63,793 nt of DNA, filler included, from Octopus bimaculoides (GCF_001194135.2; 7 parts of 6 records of this genome joined end to end with filler, not necessarily neighbours in it), one strand, 5' to 3'; counted from the whole stretch's first letter, positions 10,881-24,353 are shown. Notes: generated from the sequence alone by a model not told the origin. Numbers and translations are program-made.

Positions 10881-11897
10881 GAAGTAATGGAAATTACAGT
10901 ATTCTGCGAATAAAAAAATGTTCAACTTTTCAATGAGGAATACGTACCCAGCCATGACTTTTTCATTTCTGCCTTGTTTAGTCAGAATATTATAGTCAGA
11001 ATTGTTTAAAGCAGAAGAGGTTATTATATATATATNNNNNNNNNNNNNNNNNNNNNNNNNNNNNNNNNNNNNNNNNNNNNNNNNNNNNNNNNNNNNNNNN
11101 NNNNNNNNNNATATATACAATGCTTAAGGTTTAAAAATTAATATTTTGGAGAAAGGGTAAATTTTACAGTTTATAGTTCACGGTGAACCCCTTAAGTTGA
11201 AAAAATAAAATACCAGTCGTTTTAATCGACTAATCTCCTTTCCACAAATCTCTAGATTTGTGTCAAAACCAGAAGCAATTTTTATGATTTAAGGAGCCAA
11301 CTATGTCGTCGCCATTATACGGTGGGTATTTTGAAGTTTTTACCCTCAGACAAAACAATTTTTATCATATGATATTCCCATTATACATGAAATTTCAAGG
11401 GAGATAACCTTTCTTTAAGTGATCTTAAGTTATCTCTTAAGTTATCTCCCCTTACAAGCAGTCTCGGTTGCTTCTTCAGAGAATTTTGAATTACTTCGAA
11501 ATTCGAGTTTTTATTCGTTCTTATTCTTTTAGTGTAGATCAACCCTGATCAAATGTATTTCACTGTTAACCAGCTCCACACCCTCCAAAACATAGCGCAC
11601 TCGTACTTTATTGAATGACTCCATTTTTCTCAATTGTTTATTCTCTCCTAAAGGTGTACGGTATGATTAGAAGGAAAAATTTGGTTGTCATTTCTGGCAG
11701 ATCAAGTAAAAATTCTGTTGTTTAATCTTAGATCAGTCTGGAAGGCATTTGAACAATGACCATCTCAGATTTTTATGCTCACGACATCCAGTTCCTCAAT
11801 ATCCTTTACCCCCACCCACTATGTATGTATGTATGTATGTATGTATGTATGTATGTATGTATGTATGTATGTATGTTTGTGTGTATGTGTGTATGTT

Positions 11898-12077
11898 AGG
11901 ATCCACAATGAGCAGAACTTACTTGCAGGTATTGGTAGTGCAAATCAGAGGTGCAATCTGTGTGGGTGTTTTTTCAAAACACTGTCTGGTTTAAAAAGCC
12001 ACATCAGACGCCATGAAAGGGCTAAGGTGTAGGTGCAGGAGGTGGTCAAACTCTGTTTAAGGAGTAGACAACCACCA
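11898..12077 (+). mobile_element. Short 3' copy of the zinc-finger RTE element, embedded in (TATG)n
   Basis: RCNLCGCFFKTLSGLKSHIRRHERAKV* plus the 3' UTR GGTGGTCA...GACAACCACCA are colinear with ~7825-8004. (TATG)n lies at ~11820-11875 and ~12085-12130. Confidence 0.85.
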
Positions 12078-13355
12078 TGTGTGTATGTATGTATGTATGT
12101 ATGTATGTATGTATGTATGTATGTATGTATGCTTATATATATCATAGTATGGTGTTTTCGTTTGATTGAATATCTTCCCGTGTTTCTTTCAGATGGCAAA
12201 TCGGAAATTGCATTATCTAACGAGTCCTTGCTTTTTTAAAATAAAATATGGTGTAATATGAGAAAGATTTTGCTGCCATATCTAGCAGGACTAGAGAGCT
12301 CGTTGGGGGTTCTTTCGTTGGCTCGTTTGACTTCGTAAAAATTCATGCAGCGGCATATCTTCTGTGTGTGTAAGTGTGTGTGTGTTTACTTTCATCTTGT
12401 ATATGTAAACTAGCACTGTCCCAAAAACTTAAATTCGGAATCCATACAAGGTTGAATACACCTCGCCCCCCCCACCCCTATATAATTCAGGCCCACAACA
12501 CATAAATACATTGCAACCCAATTACTTGTCCCCAACAGGTCCTGCTTTGTTTAATATTGACCTAAAACAAATCAAAAAACGAAAAAGATCCCATTTCCTT
12601 CAAACGATATCGGGACAGATTTCTTGGGAAGATACCAGACAAGACCCCTGTACCTGGATGCATGTATAAGGGGGTGGTGGTGGGGGGAATCAGCAACAAC
12701 TCCCACCTTCATTGTACTACGGCACCACAAAACTACCAGACGATGCTATTAAGTTAGACATGGCCTGAGACAATTTTGACCGAAACATGGCTATATACAT
12801 ACATACATAAATACATATATANNNNNNNNNNNNNNNNNNNNNNNNNNNNNNNNNNNNNNNNNNNNNNNNNNNNNNNNNNNNNNNNNNNNNNNNNNNNNNN
12901 NNNNNNNNNNNNNNNNNNNNNNNNNNNNNNNNNNNNNNNNNNNNNNNNNNNNNNNNNNNNNNNNNNNNNNNNNNNNNNNNNNNNNNNNNNNNNNNNNNNN
13001 NNNNNNNNNNNNNNNNNNNNNNNNNNNNNNNNNNNNNNNNNNNNNNNNNNNNNNNNNNNNNNNNNNNNNNNNNNNNNNNNNNNNNNNNNNNNNNNNNNNN
13101 NNNNNNNNNNNNNNNNNNNNNNNNNNNNNNNNNNNNNNNNNNNNNNNNNNNNNNNNNNNNNNNNNNNNNNNNNNNNNNNNNNNNNNNNNNNNNNNNNNNN
13201 NNNNNNNNNNNNNNNNNNNNNNNNNNNNNNNNNNNNNNNNNNNNNNNNNNNNNNNNNNNNNNNNNNNNNNNNNNNNNNNNNNNNNNNNNNNNNNNNNNNN
13301 NNNNNNNNNNNNNNNNNTATATATATATATATATGTATATATATATACACACACA

Positions 13356-13543
13356 TAGCTAAAGTTTCCTGACTTTGAATTTAAAAAAAGTGCAGGAGTA
13401 TCTTTTAATTATGATTCTATTGAACATATTCCCCGGTTCTTCAGTTTTTCTAAGTCCTGTAAAAGAACTCGAAAAGTTGGGCCTCCAGCCAGAGGCCTTT
13501 CGCGACACCCTTAAAGCCAGGAACTTTCCAGCACCCCACGTAC
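13356..13543. mobile_element. Tc1/mariner-type MITE
   Basis: Right end AAGCCAGGAACTTTCCAGCACCCCACGTA. The body is the reverse complement of the copy at 59087-59282. Confidence 0.6.
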
Positions 13544-13864
13544 ACACACACACACACGAGTGGCCCATTCAGGCACACCAGTGCCAGAATGGTCACAAAT
13601 AGCCAAATGAGTTCTGCTAAGCTAAGTGACAGACGAATTATATAATAAAGATAAAAATAAAATATCAAAAATAAAATATAATTTAATCAATTGAAATACA
13701 AAAAAGTAATAATAACTATGATTTCGCAGGGCTGGCAGCCGATCCGTTATGTAATCGATAACATGGTTATCCGGCAACTAATAGGTACAAAGTTCGTATT
13801 CCGTTAGTGATCAATATATATATATATATACATACATACATATATGTATATATATATACATATA

Positions 13865-14087
13865 TGGCGTCGAGCTGGCAGAAACATTAGCACGCCGGGC
13901 GAAATGCTTGTCTTTATGTTCTGAGTTCAAATTCTGCCGAGATCGACTTTGTCTTTCATCCTTTCAGGGTCGATAACTTAAGTACCAGCTGCGCACTGGA
14001 ATCGATGCAATCGACTTAATCCCTTTGTCTGTCCTTGTTTGCCTCCTGCATGTTTTCCCCTCCCCCATGGGCAATAAAGAAATAAAT
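13865..14087 (+). mobile_element. SINE family A, variant 3' end
   Basis: Head GGCGTCGAGCTGGCAGAAACATTAGCACGCCGGGCGAAATGCTT, B-box-like CTGAGTTCAAATTCTG. The same variant tail occurs at ~54125-54200(-). Confidence 0.85.
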
Positions 14088-14147
14088 ATACAATGTTGAA
14101 TATTGTTTTAGGCTAATCTATTCCCCCCACCACCTCTGTCAGTCGGT

Positions 14148-14263
14148 CTGACTGTCTGTCTGACCGTCTGTCTGACTGTCTGTCTGACTGTCTGTCTGAC
14201 TGTCTGTCTGACTGTCTGTCTGACTGTCTGTCTGACTGTCTGTCTGACTGTCTGTCTGACTGT
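14148..14263. repeat. (CTGACTGTCTGT)n 12-bp tandem repeat
   Basis: About nine near-perfect units, directly visible. Confidence 0.9.
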
Positions 14264-15017
14264 CTTCTACACACTGCATAGTTACTCGGCCCTCAATCTA
14301 AATTTCACACGCTAGCGTCTTAAGATAGCTAAACATATTTGAGCAAGGTAGTCTTAGATGTCCATTAAAGGACGGGAAGGTCACAGGTGGGATGTCTTTG
14401 ATCATATGTCTGTTCGAACGTTTGTCCTGCGACTAAACGGCGACAACAACGGTCTGTCATACCACGAGGAATTTTTCTGTGTATTCTCAGGCAAATACAT
14501 TAACGATATAATGGATGATATATATATATATATATATANNNNNNNNNNNNNNNNNNNNNNNNNNNNNNNNNNNNNNNNNNNNNNNNNNNNNNNNNNNNNN
14601 NNNNNNNNNNNNNNNNNNNNNNNNNNNNNNNNNNNNNNNNNNNNNNNNNNNNNNNNNNNNNNNNNNNNNNNNNNNNNNNNNNNNNNNNNNNNNNNNNNNN
14701 NNNNNNNNNNNNNNNNNNNNNNNNNNNNNNNNNNNNNNNNNNNNNNNNNNNNNNNNNNNNNNNNNNNNNNNNNNNNNNNNNNNNNNNNNNNNNNNNNNNN
14801 NNNNNNNNNNNNNNNNNNNNNNNNNNNNNNNNNNNNNNNNNNNNNNNNNNNNNNNNNNNNNNNNNNNNNNNNNNNNNNNNNNNNNNNNNNNNNNNNNNNN
14901 NNNNNNNNNNNNNNNNNNNNNNNNNNNNNNNNNNNNNNNNNNNNNNNNNNNNNNNNNNNNNNNNNNNNNNNNNNNNNNNNNNNNNNNNNNNNNNNNNNNN
15001 NNNNNNNNNNNNNNNNN

Positions 15018-15135
15018 CTAGGGGTAGATGCTACTGTTGCTTTTAGCCCCAGGAGGACATCTCCTCCAGCGTCGATAAGCCAGCTGGAGGAGATGTCCTC
15101 CTGGGGCTAAAAGCAACAGTAACATCCACCACTAG
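15018..15135. repeat. 53-bp inverted repeat with a 12-nt loop
   Basis: 15018-15070 matches the reverse complement of 15083-15135 at 50/53 positions. The loop is GTCGATAAGCCA. Confidence 0.9.
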
Positions 15136-15381
15136 AGGTCAGCCACATTTAAGTGGCAATATGCTTCACTATATATATATATATATCTATCTATACATAT
15201 ATATATATATATATGAGGCGCTTCTTTCAGTTTTCGTCTACTAAATCGACTCACAAGGCTTTGGTCGGTCCGAGGCTAAAGTAGAAGACACTTGCCCAAG
15301 GTGTCACACAGTTGGACTGAACCCTGAACCATGTGGTTGGGAAGCAAGCTTCTTACCACACAGCCAAGACTGCACACATAC

Positions 15382-15412
<31 letters not shown>

Positions 15413-15512
15413 NNNNNNNNNNNNNNNNNNNNNNNNNNNNNNNNNNNNNNNNNNNNTTAATTAATTAANNNNNNNNNNNNNNNNNNNNNNNNNNNNNNNN
15501 NNNNNNNNNNNN
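15413..15512. other. Artificial 100-bp assembly linker N44-TTAATTAATTAA-N44 (six in the window)
   Basis: The identical 12-mer centred in Ns occurs at 15457, 44026, 47810, 51380, 56356 and 62205. It gives stops in all six frames. Confidence 0.95.
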
Positions 15513-15571
15513 CAACAAACAAGATGAGGACAAATATCTGTCAAATGTAAATAATATATATATTTTAAATG

Positions 15572-15627
<56 letters not shown>

Positions 15628-16307
15628 TATATATATATTAAATGATTGATACAGAAGACGGAATGCAGCTAAAAGCTTAATTAGCACAACAATCGTTTTG
15701 GCTTCATTCTGCACAGCTCCCTAGTGAGTGTGGGTTGATGTAATGACATGAGATGCAACACACAGTGCAGTAAGCTTCGTCAGGTGATGTAACATGCCTC
15801 AAAAGTTACCAGATTTACATTTTCTTTTCGTACCAAGTTATATGTTGGTGGTGAGATGCTAGTAGCTCTGACACATTTTGGTATATATTTATACACTCAT
15901 CCACATTAGATGGATGGACAGATGGATATGTATGTAACATAGAGATGTGTATATATACTTTTATACATAATCTTATAAACACACAATCCCACACGCATAC
16001 ATATATGTATGTATATACACGTGCACACACATGGGGAACAACTACAAAATGATTTAAGTGTATAAAACATTGAAACATGTGAACTACAAAAGGTTATAGA
16101 TTTAACATGCATACATACATATATACATATATACATGCATGTATGCACACATACACACAATATTCAAGAACACATGAACATATTTACACACACTTACACA
16201 CCTACATACACTCAGACACAAACATCACATACACCTTCAAGAACACACATACACAAATACATATATACATACAAACATATATATGTGCATACACATATAC
16301 ATATACT

Positions 16308-16366
<59 letters not shown>

Positions 16367-16785
16367 GTACATGCATAAATAAATACATACATACAAACAT
16401 ACATACACACATACATGCATGCATGCATACACACTCACACATACACATACACAAACACACACACACATATATAAACATACATACATACACGCTTTATAAT
16501 TGTGAAAAATAAAATAAAATGAAATACAAAAGTGAAAGAGATGAAAGAGACAAGGGAAGGAAGAAGGTTGAGGGAGACAAGAAAGATGAAAGAAATGAGA
16601 GAGAGAGATGAGAAAGAGATGAGGAGGGAGGAGAAAAAAAATAGAGAATTGATAAATGAGGATTAGAGAGATGAGAAAAAAAAAAGGAGGAAAAAATAAG
16701 ACAGGAAATGAACATAAAATGACTTTTGATTAATGTCTTTTTCATATAAAAATACTTAAAAATGATAGAAAATGTGGTGGTAGGA

Positions 16786-16944
16786 GGAGGCGTGACTGTG
16801 TGGTAAGATGTTTGCACCCTAACCACATGGTTCCGGGTTCAGTCCCACTGTGTGGTATCTTGAGTGAGTGTCTTCTACTATAGCTTTGGGCTGACCAAAG
16901 CCTTAAGAGTGGATTTGGTAGACAGAAACTAAAAAAAAGCTCAT

Positions 16945-16945
<1 letters not shown>
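16786..16945 (+). mobile_element. SINE family B, 5' half
   Basis: GGCGTGACTGTGTGGTAAG...CATGGTTCCGGGTTCAGTCCCACTG...GGATTTGGTAGACAGAAACT. A 3' half lies at ~17915-18122. Confidence 0.85.
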
Positions 16946-16988
<43 letters not shown>

Positions 16989-17146
16989 TATATACATAGT
17001 GCTGCCTGACTAGCTCTCGTGCAGGTGGCACGTAAAAGGCACCATTCGAGCATGGTCGATGCCAATGCCGCCTGATTGGCTCCCGTGCTGGTGGCACATA
17101 AAAAGCACCCAGTACAGTCTTTGAAGTGGCTGGTAAATGGGTACAA

Positions 17147-17182
<36 letters not shown>

Positions 17183-17734
17183 CAAATTAAGTACCACAAA
17201 CAAATCTAGGTCATTTTTTCCTTTGTTTATGAGATTTAAGTACCAAAAAATTATATATAGATGTAGATATACATATGAAAATATAAATATATATACATAC
17301 ACACGTGTGTAGGCATATATATATATATGCATATATATATATATATGTACACACACACACACACACATATATATACACACATGTATATATACACACACAA
17401 ACATGCATACATATACGCATTTATATGTGTGTGTGTATATATATTCATGTGTGTTTTGGAAAGAAATATAAAGAGAAAAATACATCATTAACTTTAATTA
17501 GAATCATAGAATTCTGTGCAGATCGTTGAGCAGTAATTTCACAGTGATACAGAATCAACAACAAACAACAGAGGGGGGTGGGGTGGTGGCATGACGAAGT
17601 GAGAGAGATCAATAGAACAGTGATTATAGAATCAGTTTAGCCTTGTTTGACGACTATAGAAGATGGTGGCAAAGAAAAAAAATTACTGAGCTGTCTAATA
17701 TTTACATCTACATCTGCATCTGTGTGAGGACATT

Positions 17735-17915
17735 TATTGCCAGAGATCCTGAAGAAATTCCCGGACAATTATAGAAGAAATTCCACGAATGGAAGCTAAA
17801 GCTGCAGTTGAAAGGCCTAAAGGTAAACTTAGCAAAGATGAAAGCTTTATTAAATAGGAAAGATGGGATCCTGGTACCTTCAGGGAAAAGGTCCTGCTTG
17901 ATATGCTGAAAAGAA
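17735..17915 (+). pseudogene. RTE-like LINE RT C-terminal fragment
   Basis: [44 protein letters not shown] resembles the GL(K/R)VNLAKTK...PSG.WPCSIC motif of RTE-type ORF2. Confidence 0.7.
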
Positions 17916-18120
17916 GTGTGCGTGTGTTTGTCCCCCACAGGATTGTTTGACAACTATTGTTGATGTGTTTCTGTCTCCGTAACTTAGTGGTTCAGCAAAA
18001 GACACTGATAGAATAAGTACTAGGCTTGCAAAGGATAAGTCCCGGGGTTGATTTGTTCGACTACAGGTGGTGCTCCAGCATGGCCACAGGCAAATGACCA
18101 AAGCATGTAAAAGAATAAAA

Positions 18121-18161
<41 letters not shown>

Positions 18162-18353
18162 CACAAATATGTAAACATATATATATATAGATATATATGT
18201 GTATGTATATATATATACATATACATATATAAATATGTATGTATGCATATGTATGTATATATATGGTAAAACTTGACACTTGAAGCATATCAAATGACAT
18301 GATGGAAAGGGTGAACTTGGAATTCTCTCTGAAGGTGTATTTACATATATATA

Positions 18354-18410
<57 letters not shown>

Positions 18411-19903
18411 ACATTTACATATACATATACATTGTACATGTGCATGTGTGAGGGGGGGTGCGTATACAAACACCCACACACAAAGTTTGAAGCTAGTTTC
18501 TTAATCAAATCTCGCAGCTGCCACACAAATAAGAGAAATNNNNNNNNNNGGTTCAGATAATAAACACTGGTTTCATGGCACCAGCACCACCACCGGCACC
18601 ACCACTGGCACCACCACTGGCACCACCACCACCACCGGCACCACCACCACCACCGGCACTGCCATCGTGATCACCAGCATCAGAACCACCACCACAGGAT
18701 CCACCACCACCCATCAGAGCATGTGCAACAAGCAGTTTTGTTTATGGATCTTTTGTGGCAACTAACGAACAATAATCGCAGTTTTTGCTGCATATGATGA
18801 TGATGATGATGTTGATGATGACGAAGACGATAATAGTGAAGATGAAGATGGTAATGATGATGATGATGATGATGTTGATGATGACGAAGACGATAATAGT
18901 GAAGATGAAGATGGTAATGATGATGATGATGATGATGATGACAATAAGGATGATTGTGATGAGGATGACAATAATGATGATGACAGTGATGATGATGATG
19001 ATGATGATGGTGGTTGTATTGATTTATTTTTATCAAGGCACAAAGCTAAGCTTTTTGCAAACGAAATAATGATCCCAACGACAAGGCATTGGTTGTCCCA
19101 AACCTCTACAAGAGTGGAATCACTTGCGAAGGGTGTCAGGCGGTGGGGATAGAACTCAGAACCACACGGTTATGAACTGTGCTCCATATACACAACACAG
19201 CCATACCTGTGCATGTTTGTTTGTTAGTATGTATGTATGTATATGCGTGTGTATGTTGGTGTATGTGTGCAATGGTGTGTGATGGTGTCTGTGTTGGTGT
19301 GTGAGTATTGGTGGGTGTGTGCGTGCATGTGTTGGTGTGTGTGTGCATATTTGACCATGACTTTTAGATTTCAATCCCTAATCAAGGTTTGAAAGATATG
19401 GCATACACTGTTTTCTGCGCATTTTGGAAATTATTTTTAGCAAAAAAACAAAACAAAAAAACTGTGACTTATCTACAAATAACATACAGCATGTTTTTCT
19501 AAGGTGGGAAAATGAAAGATAAAACTGTCGATGGGACAGCTTCACATGAAAGTAAGAAGACTGTTGATAATGTTGGAAAAAAACATGTCTTTGTGACTGT
19601 ATGTGAGAGAGAGAGAGAGTGTGTGTGTGTGTGTGTGTCAATGTCTCCATATTTTGATATAACCTGATAGTTGTAAATGAATGTCCCTGTCATACAAGCA
19701 GTGCCATTTGTTTCCAATATTCCCTAAAAATGTGTCTGGCCATGGGTAAAAAAATTAGTTTAGAAAAAAAAATTTAAAAAAAAACAGGTGAAAGCAAAGG
19801 TTGGTGATAGGAAAGGCATCCAGATTGTAGAAAACCAACATCGATAAATTCGAATTCCATCCGACCAATTCATTGCAAGCATGGAAAAGTGAACATTAAA
19901 CCT

Positions 19904-19940
<37 letters not shown>

Positions 19941-20659
19941 CAGTAACCAGGATGGTTATGACGATTACACAAATTCTAGATCATAAAAGAGGGCTATCAA
20001 GGCACTTTATACATTCCATGTTGTTAGCTTTCTCTCTCTCTATCTCTCCTTTTTTTCCTGCCTTCGATAATTAAACGAGTTCATTTTCACTTCATATCTT
20101 TGCTCACCTAAATAATTCATTACCATGTTGATGAGCCGGCCAGAAAACTCGCATGGAGTTAGTTGCCTGACCTTCTCAATGAGATAAAGGAAACATGTCC
20201 ACAGCTGACTGAATTCTGTCTGCATTGCTCAGAGTTACCTGTCAGTCGAGTTATCATCTTTCTTAGTCTGCAGCAGCCAAGTTCCTTCTCTCTTGGTGAT
20301 TATACATACATACATATATACGTACATATCTATCTACCTGTCTAGCTATACATAAACACACACACATACATACACATGCAGCCACCGGAAAATACACAAA
20401 GCATACACATTAGTATATGTATTTAACGATATTTATCATTGGGCAGCAAGCTGTCAGAACCGTTAGCACGCTGGGCAAAATGCTTAGTGGTATTTCGTCT
20501 GTCTTTATGTTTTGAGTTCAAATTCTGCCGAGGTCGACTTTGCCTTTCATCCTTTTGGGGTCAGGGTAAAAAAGAATTAAGAGGAGGTGAAAAGATGAAA
20601 GGAAAACCATTCGTTCACACCTGTTGGGGACATAGTGACAAGATCAAATACGAGACGTA

Positions 20660-21065
20660 TTTTTCTTGTATTGGTTTCACTCATTAGACTGTGCCCATGC
20701 TGGGGCACAACCTTTAAGAATTATTTTGGTCGAATGAATCGACCCCAGCTCAGTACTTATTATTTGTTTTTTTTTTTTTAAAATTTTCTATTAAGCCTGG
20801 TACTTATTCTATCGATCTCTTTTGCCGAACCACTAAGTTATTGGGGACGTAAACACACCAACACCAGTTGTCAAGCTGTAGTGGTGGTGGGGGAGGACAA
20901 ACACAGCCACAAAGACACACCCACACCCACTCACATACACATGTATATATGACAGGCTTCTTTCAGTTTCCGTCTACCAAATCCACTCACAAGGCTTTGG
21001 TCAGCCTGTGGCTATAGGAGAAGACGCCGGCCCAAGGTTCCATGCAGTGGGACTGAACCCAAGTC
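20660..21065 (-). mobile_element. SINE family B
   Basis: Colinear with 8059-8425 and with the reverse complement of 22196-22503. Confidence 0.85.
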
Positions 21066-21671
21066 TGTTCAGAAAAGGAGGAGGGGGAAGCAGTGACCAT
21101 GGTGGTCGTGTTGGTGGTGGTGGTAGTCATGCTACTGCAGCTGATGATGGTGGTGATGGTGCTGTCAGTGATGACAACGATGATGATGATGATGATGATG
21201 ATGGTGATGACGATGATGGTGGTGGAGTTGGTGGTTGTGGTGGTGACAGCAGCAGTGGTGATGCTACTGCTGATGATGATGATGGTGATGATGATAATGA
21301 TGGTGATGATGATGACGACGATGATTAATAATTCAGTCTGTATTTTCTTGTCAAGACAGGAAAAGTTCTTGAAGCCATGGTTCATTGAAGAGTCCGTATT
21401 CCCTCCAACATTAAAAGATATATATAAAAAAAAAAAAACTTTCAAACAGTACAAAAAAAAAAGAGAAAAAAACACGTTACTTGACTAAAACTTAAATAGA
21501 AGTAGATTTTAATAATTAAACGAAGATCGTTACAACATTACGTAACCGAATCAATGGTTTCTTTCAACTCGCAACAACCTTCAATTCTTCAACCCATTTT
21601 GTTAATGGACTGTAATTTAGGCAACAGCCCTTAAAAATTACATTATTACAATTATTATTATTATTATTATT

Positions 21672-21877
21672 AAGGCAGTGAGCTGGCAGAATCATTAGCA
21701 TGCCAGGTGAAATGCTTTTCATCCATCCTTATATTCTGAGTTCAAATTCTGCCAAGGTCGACTTTGCCTTTCATCCTTTCGGGGGTTGATAAATCAAGTA
21801 CCAGTTGTGCACTGGGTCGATCTAATTGACTATCCTCCTCTCCCTAAATTTTGGGCCTTGTGCCAATAGTAGAAAAG

Positions 21878-21880
<3 letters not shown>
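21672..21880 (+). mobile_element. SINE family A, full length, (ATT)n on both sides
   Basis: AAGGCAGTGAGCTGGCAGAATC head through GGCCTTGTGCCAATAGTAGAAAAG, followed by (ATT)n. Confidence 0.9.
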
Positions 21881-21921
<41 letters not shown>

Positions 21922-22195
21922 GGGGGCAACTTAACAGATTCNNNNNNNNNNNNNNNNNNNNNNNNNNNNNNNNNNNNNNNNNNNNNNNNNNNNNNNNNNN
22001 NNNNNNNNNNNNNNNNNNNNNNNNNNNNNNNNNNNNNNNNNNNNNNNNNNNNNNNNNNNNNNNNNNNNNNNNNNNNNNNNNNNNNNNNNNNNNNNNNNNN
22101 NNNNNNNNNNNNNNNNNNNNNNNNNNNNNNNNNNNNNNNNNNNNNNNNNNNNNNNNNNNNNNNNNNNNNNNNNNNNNNNNNNNNNNNNNNNNNNN

Positions 22196-22500
22196 GCCTC
22201 GGGCCGACCAAAGCCTTGTGAGTGGATTTGGTAGACAGAAACTGAAAGAAGCCCGTTGTATATATGTATATATATATGTATGTGTGTGTATATGTTTGTG
22301 TGTCTATGTTTGACCCCACCCAACATCGCTTGACAACCGATGCTGGTGTGTTTACGTCCCCGTAACTTAGCGGTTCGGCAAAAGAGACCGATAGATAGAA
22401 TAAGTACTAGGCATCCAAAGAATAAGTCCTGGGGTCGATTTGCTCGACTAAAGGCAGTGCTCCAGCATGGCTGCAGTCAAATGACTGAAACAAGTAAAAG

Positions 22501-22503
<3 letters not shown>
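22196..22503 (+). mobile_element. SINE family B (5' end lies in the gap)
   Basis: GCCTCGGGCCGACCAAAGCC...GACTGAAACAAGTAAAAGAG. Confidence 0.9.
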
Positions 22504-22532
<29 letters not shown>

Positions 22533-23619
22533 GTACTGCTCATGTCCCATTCACTGCTTGTGGCAGAGCACTACTGCATGCTGTCACCTGAACTGCCACT
22601 GTGTCAACATGGTTAGTAAAAGTCTTGCATCGATTGTTGTGTTCTGATTGATTCATTCCATATAATCAGTTAATATTGACCCTGCACAGTGTATACATGT
22701 ATATTTACCTGTACTGTCTTGTGTTATCGGGTCTGTTTGCTCAGTTGAGTCAGCTAATATATCGTGTGTGAGTGTGTGTGCATGTGTCTGGGTCTATGTA
22801 CACGTGTGCATGTCTCTCCTCTCTCTATCTCTGTCCTATCTATCTATATCTATCTATCTATCTATCTATCATCATCATTGTTTAATGTCCACTTTCCATG
22901 CTGGCATGGGTTGGATGGTTTGACTGAGGACTGGTGAGCCAGAGGCTGCACCAAGCTCAATCTGATCTGGCAAAGTTTCTACAACTGGATGCCCTTCCTA
23001 ACGCCAACCACTCTGGAAATTTACAGAAAAACGAAAGATGAAGACACGGGTGTATAGACAAGAAGCAGGTGTATTAGTTTGATGCTTGGGAAGGTGAGGA
23101 AGTCTTTTATGTTTTGAGCCTATGCTCTTAAACAGAGGAATGTGAGGAAATAAACAGAGAGAGAATAAAAAAAACATACACACACACACAAACATGCAAA
23201 CACACACACATATACACGCAAGCACGTATGGACACAAACACACACATACACAAACATGCACACACATACATACATGCACATAAAGCATGCATGCACACAC
23301 ACACACATACAAGCATGCACGCACATACACACATACAAACACAAACATGCACACACACAGAGATATATATATGATTGGCTTCTTTCAGTTTCCATCTGCT
23401 AGTTCCACTCACAAGGCTTTGGTCTGCCCTGGGCTACAGTAAAAGACACTTGCTCAAGGTGCCACACAGGTGAGACTGAACCTGAAGCCATGTGGTTTGA
23501 AAGAAAACTTCTTATCTCACAGCATTGCTCGACAATCGGTCTGTATTCTGAAAGCGGAGCGAGAACTAAACGAAGACAGTAACGACTTGGTGTCTTTTAA
23601 GAGAATGTATTTCTTATGA

Positions 23620-24150
23620 GGAGAGAGAGAAAGAGGGAGAGATGAAGAGGAAGGACGAAAGAGAGAGAGACGGGATAAGAGGGAGAGGGCAGAAGAGAGA
23701 CAAAGAGAGAGAGGAAAAATAGAAATGAGAGAAAGGGTGAATGGGAGATAGAAAATAGAGACAGAGTAAGAGGTAGAGGGCAAGAAAGAGAGTGAAAAAA
23801 CAAGAGAGAGAGTGAAAGGGTAAGAGAAAGGGTGAGAGGTAGAGGGCAAGAGAGAGAGAGAGAGAGGACAAGGGAGGGAGAGAGAAAAGAGCAAGAGACA
23901 AAGAGAGAGAGACTGACAGAAAGGGTAAGAGAAAGGGAGAAAAGAGAGAAAGGGTGAGAGAGAAAGAGGGCAAGAGAGAGAGAAAGAGGGAGAAAAAGAA
24001 CAAGAGAGAGGGTGAGAGCTAGAGAGAGAGAGAGAGAGCAAGAGATAGAGAGAGAGACAAAGAGAAAGGGTAGGAGAGAGATAAAGTGTGAGAGAGAAGG
24101 TAAGAGAGAGAGAGAACATGAGAGAAAGAGACAAGAGAGAGAAAACAAGA
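23620..24150. repeat. Long degenerate (GA)n polypurine tract
   Basis: About 0.5 kb of almost purine-only plus strand. Similar tracts lie at ~26520-26990 and ~29410-29560. Confidence 0.9.
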
Positions 24151-24233
24151 AAGACAAAAAGTAATTTCTTGAAACGACTGCATTGCCCCCCNNNNNNNNN
24201 NTCTCAGTATCATCACAGCTATATTTATTTTAG

Positions 24234-24353
24234 CAGCCAGTACCCAACCCCCTGCAACCCCCCCGTAACCCACCCCACTTGGCCTCCTCCGACCAAGAAA
24301 CAAAGGAAGCAACAGTCTGACCCTAGCATGAGGCTTGAACTCAGGATGTCATG
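24234..24353 (+). CDS. Candidate isolated 120-bp host exon (unverified)
   Basis: TTTATTTTAG acceptor before 24234 and G|GTAACA donor after 24353. Length is a multiple of 3, with open frame SQYPTPCNPPVTHPTWPPPTKKQRKQQSDPSMRLELRMS in non-repeat sequence. No homology recognised. Confidence 0.25.
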
